DNA from: an uncultured bacterium | GTDB lineage: Bacteria > Patescibacteriota > JACMRA01 | Assembly (NCBI GenBank): GCA_963704645.1 | Contig: OY969926.1 | Span: 512,001-576,000 of the forward strand | Length of the DNA stretch: 64,000 nucleotides | Direction of reading: 5' to 3' | Shown: in pieces, positions 38,453-48,700 of the stretch | Layout: each line of letters starts with the position of its first letter | Position numbering within the stretch: the stretch's first letter is position 1 | Program-made: the position numbers and the translations under genes | Notes under the pieces: model-generated | What the model was told of the DNA's origin: nothing | The model's database searches: none | Seen by the model: only the letters and a program-made list of their open reading frames with translations

Positions 38453-39349
38453 ATGTTTCAAAAAGCTATATTGGAAGGATTTAAAAATTTAGTTAGGTCG
38501 TTTTGGCTTTCTGCTACTGCAGTTGCAGTGCTTACAGTTAGCTTAGCTTCTTTTGCTTTGGCTGCTAGTGTTTCTACAATTGCTGGTTTTACTTTAAGGC
38601 AATTAGATAACCAAATTTCTATTTTAGTATATTTTAAAGACGATGTAGATGCTAGTGTAATTCAAAAATTTCAAGATGAAGTAAAAGCTAGACCTGAAGT
38701 AAAGCAAATAAGTTTTACAAATAGGGAAGAAGCTAAGAAAAAATTAAGTGAAAGCAATAGAGTTTCTAGTAGTTTAGTTGAAACTCTAAAAACTTCAAAT
38801 GTGAATCTGGTGTTGGAATACGTAAGTGTTGTTCCAAAAAATTCTGATAGTTATAATAGTTTAGAAAACTTTATTAAAGAACCAAAATTTTCAAGTATAA
38901 TTGACGAAGTAAAAGGGAGTAGGGATATAATATCTAATTTACAAAGTGTATACTACTGGACTAATTTAGTTGGAGCTATAACTGTAATTATTTTTGGTTT
39001 AGTTTCCATTTTGGTTATGGTAAATATATTAAGAATAGCCATTTATAATCATAGAAGTGAGATTGAAGTTATGAGACTGGTTGGAGCAACAAATAACTAC
39101 ATTAGAGGGCCTTTTATTGCGGAAGGTGCAATGTTTAACATCATTGCTGCACTAATTGTTTTAGTGCTATTTGTGCCTACTTTAAATATTATCGTACCTT
39201 ATTTAACAAGCGTATTTAATGTTGATATAGCATTGTCTTCTGAATTACTATTACAAGTCTATCTAAGCTTAGCTTTAACTATAAGTTTAGGGGTTGTAGT
39301 TGGTATTGTAACATCATACTTAGCAACCCAAAAATACTTACAACAATAA
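38453..39349 (+). CDS. ftsX: Cell-division permease FtsX
   Basis: EIEVMRLVGATNNYIRGPFIAEG; 4-TM layout. Confidence 0.9.
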   Translation: MFQKAILEGFKNLVRSFWLSATAVAVLTVSLASFALAASVSTIAGFTLRQLDNQISILVYFKDDVDASVIQKFQDEVKARPEVKQISFTNREEAKKKLSESNRVSSSLVETLKTSNVNLVLEYVSVVPKNSDSYNSLENFIKEPKFSSIIDEVKGSRDIISNLQSVYYWTNLVGAITVIIFGLVSILVMVNILRIAIYNHRSEIEVMRLVGATNNYIRGPFIAEGAMFNIIAALIVLVLFVPTLNIIVPYLTSVFNVDIALSSELLLQVYLSLALTISLGVVVGIVTSYLATQKYLQQ

Positions 39350-39486
39350 GATAGATTTGTTTGCATTTAATTTGTACACCTCTCAATTAAGTAAGTATAA
39401 AACTTCTTAAGGTTAATTTTTAGCCGGAACGAGATATTCTATAAAATTGCCTTGCTGGTTTTGCAAGGCTTAAGTCTATATTTCAT

Positions 39487-39798
39487 TCAATTAAATTGTT
39501 CTGGATGTGCGGTAATTGTGTAGCCATACTTGTCAATTATGTATTCGGCACGATTCAAGGTGATTCCTATTAAGGATTTCCAATGTGAGACTTCTTCTGA
39601 TAACATTATGGTTATCTTCAGCAAACAACTTGATATTTCTACATTGGAAAAACAAGGTCCGCGATGCCTAGTTATTCGAACATCTTTAAGATCTTGAACC
39701 AATATTAAGTCTTCTGTAGTAATAAGTTGGTGAAAGTAAATAACAAAATACTTTCCTCCCCCTTCTTCATAAAATCTAATCTCACAACTATTCCCCAT
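39487..39798 (-). CDS. Orphan hypothetical protein
   Basis: 103-aa ATG ORF with TATAAT upstream. Confidence 0.45.
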   Translation of the reverse strand: MGNSCEIRFYEEGGGKYFVIYFHQLITTEDLILVQDLKDVRITRHRGPCFSNVEISSCLLKITIMLSEEVSHWKSLIGITLNRAEYIIDKYGYTITAHPEQFN

Positions 39799-39971
39799 TT
39801 AAATTTGTCTCTGAAATAAGTTCAAATTATAATTAAGAATAAATTAAATAAAGACAAGTAAAAAATAAACAGTAATTAACTAGGTAATTAATCCCATAAC
39901 AGCACGTCTCAACTTAAGAGCCTTCATTTCGTAAGACAGCTTTACTTGTTATGAAGTATACTCACCATTAA

Positions 39972-40448
39972 CTAAACCTGAATTCCTACAAAAACAATAA
40001 GTAAAGAAATTACTAAACCAAAAATAGAAAAAGATTCAATTAAAGAAGCTAAAACAATAGCTTGAGAAAAGTTTTCTGGTTTAGATGCTAAAATTTTAAT
40101 ACCAGCAGCCCCAGCAAAACCTTGCGTTATACCAGAGAATAGTGCAGCAAAAGCAACTGGCAAGGAAGACAGTAAAAATGCCAAGCCTATTTCGTTACTG
40201 AATACCAACGGAGTTCCTCCTAGTAAGCCAATTCTAATAAGTACAATAAAACCAAAAAGTAAGCCGTACAAAGCCTGAGTTGATGGCAGTGCACATAATG
40301 CTAAAACTTGTGGAAATCTCGATGGTTCTTTAGCAAGTAATCCTGCTCCTGTGGTGGCAACACTGCTTACTCCAAAACAAGATCCAATAGCTCCGAAAAC
40401 CGAGGCTATAGCCACTCCGATAATTGCAAAAATTGTGGCTGTTGTCAT
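39972..40448 (-). CDS. ntpK: V/A-type ATPase proteolipid subunit K (4-TM, Na+-type motif)
   Basis: LPSTQALYG, ITQG, LIES; matches the E. hirae NtpK Na+ ligand pattern. Confidence 0.9.
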   Translation of the reverse strand: MTTATIFAIIGVAIASVFGAIGSCFGVSSVATTGAGLLAKEPSRFPQVLALCALPSTQALYGLLFGFIVLIRIGLLGGTPLVFSNEIGLAFLLSSLPVAFAALFSGITQGFAGAAGIKILASKPENFSQAIVLASLIESFSIFGLVISLLIVFVGIQV

Positions 40449-40450
40449 AC

Positions 40451-41263
40451 TTAGATAATTTTAAAGTATGGCTGCTGGTTTATCTTGTCAAGCAAGTTAA
40501 GCCTTGGTTCAGTGAAACCACTTACCAGTATTTTTCGCCTATACTCAGAACTTAGCTTTAGTAAAAAGTTTGCTATTTCTTCGGTTAAAGTTGCTCTGTC
40601 TAGTTCTTTATTGGTGTTGCTTGCAATAGGGCAAATTATTAGGGGATTTTCTTCTGTAATTAATTCACCAAAACCGTGTTCGTTGTTTAGTATCATTTTG
40701 ACACATATTTTAAGTTCTTCTAAGGCTTCTTTTTTATCTGATAAACCACGACTAACTTCAAAACCTGGAGGGAAACAATCGGCTAAAATGTAATTAAAAT
40801 GGTTTGTTGCGTCGTAGTAAATAATTCTGGCAATATGGAATTGCTCTGGTCTATTCATTTTTTCAGTTCCTAGGTGTTCCCATTTTAAACCTAGTTCTTC
40901 TGCTAAATTTTTAGCAAATTGAATGGCGTATTCATCACTTTTATTTTCGTCTAAATTGTATTTCTGAGCATAAAGTTTAGCCGCTCCACAGTTTTGATGA
41001 CTAATAATTTTTTTAATTTTTGCCTTCTTAATGCATCTTTTAAGTTTTTCTCTATCTTCCCATAAAATACCTGCCCCCGCCAAATGTTCCTGGCCGAATG
41101 TACCTTCGTCTATACAACACAAGCATCCATCATTGCACACAAAGGCCTTTTTAGAATTGTGCCTATTTTTAAGATAATCTACCATACCATTTTGGTATAT
41201 TTGTTTGTAAATCTGCTGTTGTTGATTCCAGTATTTCAATTTTATTTCGGCTGTTGCAGACAT
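40451..41263 (-). CDS. Beta-carbonic-anhydrase-like Cys/His metalloprotein
   Basis: CCIDEG...HLAGAG...SHQNCGAA matches a CxD/HxxC Zn-ligand pattern. Confidence 0.55.
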   Translation of the reverse strand: MSATAEIKLKYWNQQQQIYKQIYQNGMVDYLKNRHNSKKAFVCNDGCLCCIDEGTFGQEHLAGAGILWEDREKLKRCIKKAKIKKIISHQNCGAAKLYAQKYNLDENKSDEYAIQFAKNLAEELGLKWEHLGTEKMNRPEQFHIARIIYYDATNHFNYILADCFPPGFEVSRGLSDKKEALEELKICVKMILNNEHGFGELITEENPLIICPIASNTNKELDRATLTEEIANFLLKLSSEYRRKILVSGFTEPRLNLLDKINQQPYFKII

Positions 41264-41283
41264 GTTTGTACTAAAATTTTGTA

Positions 41284-43266
41284 TTAATCCAGATAAACAT
41301 ATTTTAGCTCTGATTGCAAGGGGTTGAAAGCTCTGGCTCTAGCTTGAAAGAATTTTGGTAGAAATTCTACATAATGTAAACGTAATGGGTTAATATATGC
41401 TCCGAACAATCCCACCACTAAGTTGAATAAATGTCCTATTATTAAAATTATTCCTGCTAGTATGAAGCCGATAAATGGGCTGGAAGATTCAAAAACCAAA
41501 TCTGCTAATATATTTATAACTTCAGCTATAATTGCACCAGTTAAACCTATGGCAATTAATCGGGTGTACGAAAGGATGTCGGCGAAGAAAGCAATTAGCT
41601 CGTAAACTTTTACAAGTCCTGAAAGTAATTTACCCCCAATACCTTTTCCATGGTTAAAAACAAACATTCCTAAAAGGCCAAATGTGGTAACTATAGCAGC
41701 TAGAATAGCTAAATTGGATGATGCAACATTCAAGGCAATTAGAACAATTCCTGAATACACAAATACAACCCAACTTATTTCAGAAAGTGCATCAATTCTA
41801 TCATTTTGCTTGAAAGCGTTGGTAATTTTAAGTAAGTATCCAACTGTAATTTGTAATAATCCAATTACAGCCGCAAACCCTAGTAAGACAACAATAGGGC
41901 TAACTCCACCCAGGTTAATTAAAATTTGGTTAATTGGAGCTTGACTTTCTAATTTAAGAGGATTAATAAGTTGAAACATTTCCAAGAAATTGTTTAAAGG
42001 TGTTTTTTCAAACAAATTTCCTGCCCAGCTGTTGCTTAATGCTCCCCAACCTATACTTCCAATTCCAGCTAAAAAGAATAGATTAAATATGCTTTTCCAG
42101 TTAGATTTTAACTTGGTGAAGTATAGAAAATAGCCTGTAAATAAAAATATAAACAAACCATATAAGGCGTCGTTTAATGCTATAGAGAAGAATAGTATGA
42201 AAAAGAAGCCAATATAGTTACTTGGATCTACCTCATTTTTACTAACAGTACCCATGCTTTGGGCAATGTTTTGAAAAGGCTTTATTTCGTATGAGTTTTG
42301 CCAGTCAATAATTTCCTGATTCCAGTCGATATGTTGATAAACCAGTTTGTTGTTGTTAAATATTTTTTCTAATTTTTCAGTAAACTGTTCAGGCGTATTA
42401 ATAAAAATAAATTTGGCTGTAGATTCTTTTGTGGGACTAAAAATATAATTTTCAAAATGTTCGTTTTTGTCTTCAATTTCCATTGTTGCATATAAACCCT
42501 TTATGCTTTTTATTAATTCATCCAGATTTTGTTGATCTGTAACTTTCAGTTCTTCTTTTAAGCTTTGAATAGTATTTTCTAAATTATTCACAAAAGTTTT
42601 TTGATCACAAAAACTAAGATTTTCTTGTAAATCTTCTTGGGAAACAAATTCTTGAAAGAAAAACTGAATGTCGTTTGTAACAGTAACTATAGTATGAAGA
42701 TCTAAATGATTAATTTGCAGACTTGGTTTTGTTATTTCCAGCTCTTCATCGGCTGGATATACTGAAAATTTTTCTATCGATTCATTTATAAAGCTTGAAA
42801 ACAGATATTCAATATTGTCTGTTCTTTTACCAATCCAAACTTGTTGGTTTTCTTTCACTTTGTTTTTATTAATAGCCTTTAACTCTTTTTCTAGCTGGTT
42901 AACATGGTATAATTTTCTAGCTAATTCCATTAAGTGCTTTTTATTGCTAATAATTTGTCTAAATTCCTCTGGTTTCAAATAAATTCTTTTATCAGTAAGA
43001 AAACTTAAAAATCCAGGTTTTTCGTACTTTTGTAGTAAAAGGTTAATTAATTCCTTGTCTTCCAAATTTTGTTTTTGAATCTCATTTTTAGCATGGTTTG
43101 TATCTGTTAAATTTGTTTGCATTTCTACTTCCAGCCATTGTCCGCCTAGTTCAGCTGGATTAAGTAATTCCAAGGGAATGCTGCTATTAATTAATTGCTG
43201 AAAAACTTTGTTGCTGTCTGCTCTAGTTAAGTTTACCAAAAATGATTGTGTAGATGAAACAGCCAT
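41284..43266 (-). CDS. ntpI: V/A-type ATPase subunit I (a)
   Basis: EVDPS, DALYG, DILSYTRLIAIGL (essential Arg), LRLHYVEF. Confidence 0.92.
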   Translation of the reverse strand: MAVSSTQSFLVNLTRADSNKVFQQLINSSIPLELLNPAELGGQWLEVEMQTNLTDTNHAKNEIQKQNLEDKELINLLLQKYEKPGFLSFLTDKRIYLKPEEFRQIISNKKHLMELARKLYHVNQLEKELKAINKNKVKENQQVWIGKRTDNIEYLFSSFINESIEKFSVYPADEELEITKPSLQINHLDLHTIVTVTNDIQFFFQEFVSQEDLQENLSFCDQKTFVNNLENTIQSLKEELKVTDQQNLDELIKSIKGLYATMEIEDKNEHFENYIFSPTKESTAKFIFINTPEQFTEKLEKIFNNNKLVYQHIDWNQEIIDWQNSYEIKPFQNIAQSMGTVSKNEVDPSNYIGFFFILFFSIALNDALYGLFIFLFTGYFLYFTKLKSNWKSIFNLFFLAGIGSIGWGALSNSWAGNLFEKTPLNNFLEMFQLINPLKLESQAPINQILINLGGVSPIVVLLGFAAVIGLLQITVGYLLKITNAFKQNDRIDALSEISWVVFVYSGIVLIALNVASSNLAILAAIVTTFGLLGMFVFNHGKGIGGKLLSGLVKVYELIAFFADILSYTRLIAIGLTGAIIAEVINILADLVFESSSPFIGFILAGIILIIGHLFNLVVGLFGAYINPLRLHYVEFLPKFFQARARAFNPLQSELKYVYLD

Positions 43267-43270
43267 ATTT

Positions 43271-43543
43271 TTATATTTGAAAACTGTTTTTTAATTGTGT
43301 TTGAATTTGTTCGGCTGTGATTTCCTCTGTTTTGAAAGTGTTTTGCATCACTTCATTATTTTTGTTGTTTTCAAGGTGTTTTACTTCTTCCTCGGCTTGA
43401 ATTTGCTTGGATAAATTAATTATATCCATTTGATTTGATAAGTTTACTTCCTTAATTTCCTCCTCAATTTTTAGAATATCAAGTTTAAGTTGTTCTGTTT
43501 TTTGCTCTAAATTTGCAATTGAATTTAGAATATCTGTGCTCAT
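43271..43543 (-). CDS. Small coiled-coil protein, possible V/A-ATPase subunit G/H
   Basis: Position directly before subunit I; helical E/K/Q-rich sequence. Confidence 0.45.
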   Translation of the reverse strand: MSTDILNSIANLEQKTEQLKLDILKIEEEIKEVNLSNQMDIINLSKQIQAEEEVKHLENNKNNEVMQNTFKTEEITAEQIQTQLKNSFQI

Positions 43544-43633
43544 ATTTTTTTATTAATTATTGATGTTTTTTTCAGGAAGGGTTTAAGCTAGAAGTACAAA
43601 GTTACTATACTAAGTTTTTGCATTTATAACAAT

Positions 43634-44212
43634 TTATGAAAATATTTTAATTAAAGTGGCTTTTTCCAAGTTAGATTTTTCATCTAAGTTTTGTTTCATA
43701 TATTTTAAATCTGCTTTAGTTGAATTAATTTTTTGTTCTAAATTGCTAATTTGTCTGTTCACTTTTTTTATTTCTAAAGATAAGTTTTGGCAGTTAATTT
43801 TAATTTGACTTAGCTTTATTAATTCTGGGAAAAGTATATTAAATTTGTTTAAACTTGTGGCAATATTGAATTTTAAATTATTTGGCTGATCAATATTAAT
43901 TACGGCTTCAAAATTGGCAACTGAAACACCAGAAAGTTTTTTCTTTGTAGGTTTAAGTTGAATATTAGATCTTACATTTAAATGTTGGTTTAAAGCAGTT
44001 AAGCTAATTAAATTTACACTGTTCAAGTAATAATTTACTATGTTTTGCCTTTCTATAAAGACTTTACTTTCCAGCTCTTTACCATTTTTAGCTAGCTGTA
44101 AAAAAACTAAAATTAAACCAGATCTTTTTTCTTTAAGCAGTCTGTGCCCATTTTCTTGAGACTTTAGAGTTGCTTTTAACAGTAACAGATTCTGTTTATT
44201 TGGAGCAAGCAT
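43634..44212 (-). CDS. ntpD: V/A-type ATPase subunit D
   Basis: PNKQNLLLLK...GHRLLKEKR; EIKKVNRQISNLE. Confidence 0.85.
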   Translation of the reverse strand: MLAPNKQNLLLLKATLKSQENGHRLLKEKRSGLILVFLQLAKNGKELESKVFIERQNIVNYYLNSVNLISLTALNQHLNVRSNIQLKPTKKKLSGVSVANFEAVINIDQPNNLKFNIATSLNKFNILFPELIKLSQIKINCQNLSLEIKKVNRQISNLEQKINSTKADLKYMKQNLDEKSNLEKATLIKIFS

Positions 44213-44427
44213 TAATTCTATTGGGGTGAATATTTTTTCACCTGTCAATGGATTTGTTTACTCTGAAAATGTATGCAGTTATATTACCCTTAGTATATTT
44301 GTATTTTATAATTGGCATTCTCCCATTTAGACCTGTTAGGTTGAAACTAAGGTTGAGCCAAACCAGCTTGTGAAATCAGTGTGACAGTGTTCTCAAAAGT
44401 CTTGCTAATTATCCTGCTCAATACAAA

Positions 44428-45261
44428 CTATCTACTAAAGATTTCCTTAATTGCAGTTGTAAAAATTGTGTACCGTCTTGGTTTAATTTTTTTGCTTAAA
44501 ACTTGAATAGGGTCTTTCTGAATTTTTAATGCAGTCCATTTATACATTTCGGATGCTGTTTTAATTGGAATTAAATAGCGTTTGGGAATATACTTAAAAC
44601 TTTGTTCAGCCTCTTCTTGCCATGCGAAATATCTTTCTAGTTGAATATTGATAAACTTTTTAAAGTTATCTTGATTGACTTGGTTTTCAAAAATATATTC
44701 TGGGTTCAAGCTTTTTAGGTTGCACAACAAAAAATCGGATTTCGGAAAATATGATCGATTTAATAAATTATCTTCAGCAATATCTCTAATAAAATTAATG
44801 TATTGCATGGCCTTGCCAAGTCTCATAGCTCCATGCATAGACTCTTCAGGTAAATTTAGAATTTTAGAGACGTATAAGCCTATTACTTCAGCTGAACCGT
44901 AAATGTAGGTTTCTATATCTTCCAACAAAGTGTACTTCTTCTCTTCCAAATCCATATTCATAGAATCAAAAAAAGCTTCTGTCCATTTTTCTTCAAAATT
45001 TAATTCTTTATGCAAATTGTAGAAAGCTTGAATTATAAAATTGTCACTTTTTTCAGTTATCAATGTTGTTTCCCAGTCTTTTCTAAAGTTATAAAAATCT
45101 TCTTTTTGAGACGGAATTGCATCAATTAAATCGTCAGCGGTTCTTACAAATGAGTATAAAATTAAAATCTTTTCTCTAATTTTTGGTGGGAAAAAATAGC
45201 TGCTATTATAATATGTTTTTGAACCTTTTTTAAAAATACTTTTAAATCTATCGTCTATCAT
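44428..45261 (-). CDS. crtB: Phytoene synthase
   Basis: KGSKTYY, YSFVRTADDLID, YIYGSAEVIG, QYINFIRDIAED. Confidence 0.92.
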   Translation of the reverse strand: MIDDRFKSIFKKGSKTYYNSSYFFPPKIREKILILYSFVRTADDLIDAIPSQKEDFYNFRKDWETTLITEKSDNFIIQAFYNLHKELNFEEKWTEAFFDSMNMDLEEKKYTLLEDIETYIYGSAEVIGLYVSKILNLPEESMHGAMRLGKAMQYINFIRDIAEDNLLNRSYFPKSDFLLCNLKSLNPEYIFENQVNQDNFKKFINIQLERYFAWQEEAEQSFKYIPKRYLIPIKTASEMYKWTALKIQKDPIQVLSKKIKPRRYTIFTTAIKEIFSR

Positions 45262-45265
45262 AAAA

Positions 45266-46771
45266 TTATTTAATTTTGCTTAAGTACTCAGCTGCCAACT
45301 GACCAGAAATTAAACTAGGTGGCATTCCTGGGCCCGGAACAGTTAGTTGCCCGGCAAAAGCTAGGTTAGAAATTTTTGGGTGTGCTAGTCTTGGCTTAAA
45401 AATTGCAGTTTGGGCAAGTGTATTTGCTAAACCATAAGCATTACCTTTTAAAGCATGATAGTCTGCTTCGAAATCTGTTCTACAATATGTTCTTTCTAAA
45501 ACTATTCTTTCTGCCAAATCTTGACCAGTTATTTCTTTAATTTTATTTAAAACAATTTGTTTATACTTTTCTCTTAATTCTTTGCTGTCTTCTAGACTAG
45601 TTGCAATTGGAATTAGTACAAACATATTTTCATAGCCGTCTGGGGCTACAGATGAATCGGTTTTACTAGGAACGCTTACATAGAATAAAGGCTTTTCTGG
45701 CCATTTTGGATTGGTGTAAATTTCGTCAGCATGCTTTCCAAATTCCTCGTGGAAAAACAAGTTATGGTGTGTGAAATTATCTACTTTACCCTTAATTCCC
45801 CAGTAGAATAATAAAGAAGATGGGGCAAGTGTTCTTTTATCCCAATATTTCTGGGTGTATATATGATGTTCTGGAGCTAGCAATTTTTGCTCCATATGTG
45901 CGTAATCACCCGCTGCTACAATTTTGTCTGCTTTGTATTCTTTAGTTTTGGTAGAAACTGAAACAGCCAAATTATTTTCTATTTTAATGCTAGTTACTTC
46001 AGCTTCGGTAATAATTCCAACTTCAAGCTTCTTAGCTATAGCCGTTATGGCTTCAATTATTTTATGCATTCCGCCCATTGGGTACCATGTTTTACCAACA
46101 ATAGCAGCGTGTAACATCATGCTATATAAATAGGGAGTTTTGTTTGGAGTGGCTCCTAGAAATAAAGTGGGAAAGTTAAGTATATCCTTCAATTCTTGGG
46201 TTTTAAATAGCCTATTTATTTCTTTTCCATAAGATTTCAAAATACCCGCGGATAGAACTCCTTTAATAAATTTAAAGTCTATAAACTCTGTAATTTTTAA
46301 AGACGGTCTGTGCATGTAATCATTTACACCATTGAAGTAAGTAAAACTTGCATGTTCTAGCAATTTTTTAACTTTTGGGGAACTTCCTGGCTCTATATTC
46401 TCGCATAAATTTAAAAATTCATTTAAGTCTGCAGGTATATCTAAGCTTGGATAGTTGGTTGTAAAAAACTTTTTATCTAAATTAGAATTTTTAGAAAACC
46501 ACATTTTAAAACAAGGGTCCAGCAGTTCTAAATTGTAAAAATCTGAAACTTTATATCCAAAATCCGAAAAGAATTTTTCAAATACATCTGGCATCCAATA
46601 CCAGCTTGGGCCTAAATCAAAGTTAAATCCGTTAATTTCCCAATGTCTTGCTCTCCCGCCAATATCTTTGTTTTTTTCTAAAACTGTAACTTTGTAACCA
46701 TCTTTTGCTAAATAACAGGCTGCACTTAAACCTGCAAACCCCGAGCCAATAACTATAGCTTGTTTAATCAT
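45266..46771 (-). CDS. crtI: Phytoene desaturase
   Basis: VIGSGFAGL, FDLGPSWYWMPD, YPMGGM, GQLTVPGPGMPPSLISG. Confidence 0.92.
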   Translation of the reverse strand: MIKQAIVIGSGFAGLSAACYLAKDGYKVTVLEKNKDIGGRARHWEINGFNFDLGPSWYWMPDVFEKFFSDFGYKVSDFYNLELLDPCFKMWFSKNSNLDKKFFTTNYPSLDIPADLNEFLNLCENIEPGSSPKVKKLLEHASFTYFNGVNDYMHRPSLKITEFIDFKFIKGVLSAGILKSYGKEINRLFKTQELKDILNFPTLFLGATPNKTPYLYSMMLHAAIVGKTWYPMGGMHKIIEAITAIAKKLEVGIITEAEVTSIKIENNLAVSVSTKTKEYKADKIVAAGDYAHMEQKLLAPEHHIYTQKYWDKRTLAPSSLLFYWGIKGKVDNFTHHNLFFHEEFGKHADEIYTNPKWPEKPLFYVSVPSKTDSSVAPDGYENMFVLIPIATSLEDSKELREKYKQIVLNKIKEITGQDLAERIVLERTYCRTDFEADYHALKGNAYGLANTLAQTAIFKPRLAHPKISNLAFAGQLTVPGPGMPPSLISGQLAAEYLSKIK

Positions 46772-46860
46772 ATTCTAAGTAAATTTATTTTTTAATTTTG
46801 TGGCAAATTTCATATAAAAAATGGAACCCTAGGGCTCCATCTCATTTCAACAGTTTTTAA

Positions 46861-47778
46861 TTATTGTGGACTATTTGTTTGTTGAGTTTGTGTCTGATTT
46901 CCAGCTTCTTTCTTAGCAGCATCTAAACCTGGATTATCAAGAAGTTGACTTATAACCCATTTATTACCTTTTTTCTTGAAAACCATTTTCTTGTATCCAA
47001 AAATTCCTTCTACATTGTTAAGTTTTGGCTCAGATTTTAAAGTTACTGTAAATGAATCATTGTCTTTTGAAATTTCTTTGTTATCAAATATTTTCCATCC
47101 ATCATCTGCACTATAAGGCAATATTTTGGTTAAATTTTCTGAATCAATATATTGGTAGAAAGTATATTCCAAAGTTCCTTTAATGCTAAATTTAGCTTGA
47201 ATATCATTAATATTATTTTGCTTTAAATAATCAGATTCTTGCTTAACTAAATCTTCTGCGGTGGCATTCGTGTCTATAAATTCTACAAATTTATCGAAGT
47301 TTTTTTCTTTAGCAGCAGAGTACATTTTGTAATAAGCATATTCTGGTGTTCCTAAAACCCAAATCCAAGTTCCACCAAGAACAATTACAATTAATGTTGC
47401 AAGAGAAGTAAGTGCTAATAAAACTTTTTTGGCAGAAAATTTAATTTTGTTAGATTTCTTATTTGCTTCAGCTTGATTTTCTAATTTACTTGAATGTTTT
47501 GTTTTAGAGTGATGTACAGTCTCCTTTTCAGTTTTATCTGCAACGTCATTTGTCTTATCAATTACTTCCATTTTTTCTAACTCCATTTCGGCCATTTCAC
47601 CTGCGGCCTTGGCAGATATAATTTTTTTAGCAGAAATTTTTGTTGTTGTCTCTGTCATTATTTCTGGCTTTGGGCTAACAACTTTTTTGTCTACAACTAC
47701 TTCTTTAGCCAACTCTTTTTTAGTTGTGGTTTTGGCGGTGCTTACTTTTTTAGGATCTTTTTTCACAGATTTAGTCAT
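46861..47778 (-). CDS. Single-TM protein with K/T-rich N-terminus
   Basis: Low-complexity N-terminus, TM, TPEYAYYKM...FID; start MTKSVKK preferred. Confidence 0.6.
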   Translation of the reverse strand: MTKSVKKDPKKVSTAKTTTKKELAKEVVVDKKVVSPKPEIMTETTTKISAKKIISAKAAGEMAEMELEKMEVIDKTNDVADKTEKETVHHSKTKHSSKLENQAEANKKSNKIKFSAKKVLLALTSLATLIVIVLGGTWIWVLGTPEYAYYKMYSAAKEKNFDKFVEFIDTNATAEDLVKQESDYLKQNNINDIQAKFSIKGTLEYTFYQYIDSENLTKILPYSADDGWKIFDNKEISKDNDSFTVTLKSEPKLNNVEGIFGYKKMVFKKKGNKWVISQLLDNPGLDAAKKEAGNQTQTQQTNSPQ

Positions 47779-47915
47779 GTTGCCAAACAAACTTAATAGC
47801 CCATGTATGTCAAATTGCTTATGTTCAAGATATACAGAATAAATCACTAAGGTGATACTGTAAAACAAGCAAAAGGAGTTTTTCTTTACTTATTTACATG
47901 ATATAAAATGGGAAA

Positions 47916-48278
47916 TTATCTGTCCAACGATGTTTTATAGTTTCTATCTTTGCTACTCTTCTTATTGTCTGAATTGCGCAACAGAACCTCCAGAATAATA
48001 ATATTCAACCAGATAAGTCCAATTCCAAAAAAATAATTTTCTAAAGGAGTGTGCCAAATTTTTATTCCAGAAAACTGATTTAAATCGTAATTTGTAACAA
48101 TTCCATCTCCAGCCAGCCAGCGACCATTTAAATAATTATCTACAATGGTTTGAGCAATTATTGTAATTAAAATTAGTGACCAAAATTTTTTATTAAAAAC
48201 TAGAAAGGTCTTAGCGTAAATATCAATTAAAAATATAATTAATAAACTAAATATAACGGCTATTGTGTATTCAAACAT
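47916..48278 (-). CDS. Lycopene cyclase domain protein (CrtYd-like)
   Basis: VDNYL, SGIKIWHTPLENYFF. Confidence 0.8.
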   Translation of the reverse strand: MFEYTIAVIFSLLIIFLIDIYAKTFLVFNKKFWSLILITIIAQTIVDNYLNGRWLAGDGIVTNYDLNQFSGIKIWHTPLENYFFGIGLIWLNIIILEVLLRNSDNKKSSKDRNYKTSLDR

Positions 48279-48309
48279 ATTTTATTAAGAGTAATGATTT
48301 TCTAAATAT

Positions 48310-48651
48310 TTAAAAAGTAAGCATTTTTTTATACAAATCTTTCCAAGAATTATATTTGCGTAATAGCGACCATACAAAAATTATACAGAAGGGAATTACA
48401 ACAAAAAATAAAACTTCTTCCAATGGTAAATTATAAATAAAAATATTGGAATGATACTTTGCATTAAAAGACCAATGCTTATTATAAGTTGCCCAAACAT
48501 CCCAAAGTATATAAGGTATAGCTGAAATAATTATGCTTGCAAAAACAAATTTCATTTTGCCTTTAAGTGGATAATTTGGGTGAAAGTATAGCAGGGCTGG
48601 AATTGTAATGCAGCATAGCAAAACTAAGGCATATTCAAATTGGGAATTCAT
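48310..48651 (-). CDS. Lycopene cyclase domain protein (CrtYc-like)
   Basis: PYILWD...HWSFN...LPLEEVLFF..IPF. Confidence 0.85.
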   Translation of the reverse strand: MNSQFEYALVLLCCITIPALLYFHPNYPLKGKMKFVFASIIISAIPYILWDVWATYNKHWSFNAKYHSNIFIYNLPLEEVLFFVVIPFCIIFVWSLLRKYNSWKDLYKKMLTF

Positions 48652-48700
48652 ACTTATTTTGACATTTAAACAAGTAGAGCTAAAAGTCAATTAAGTTATT

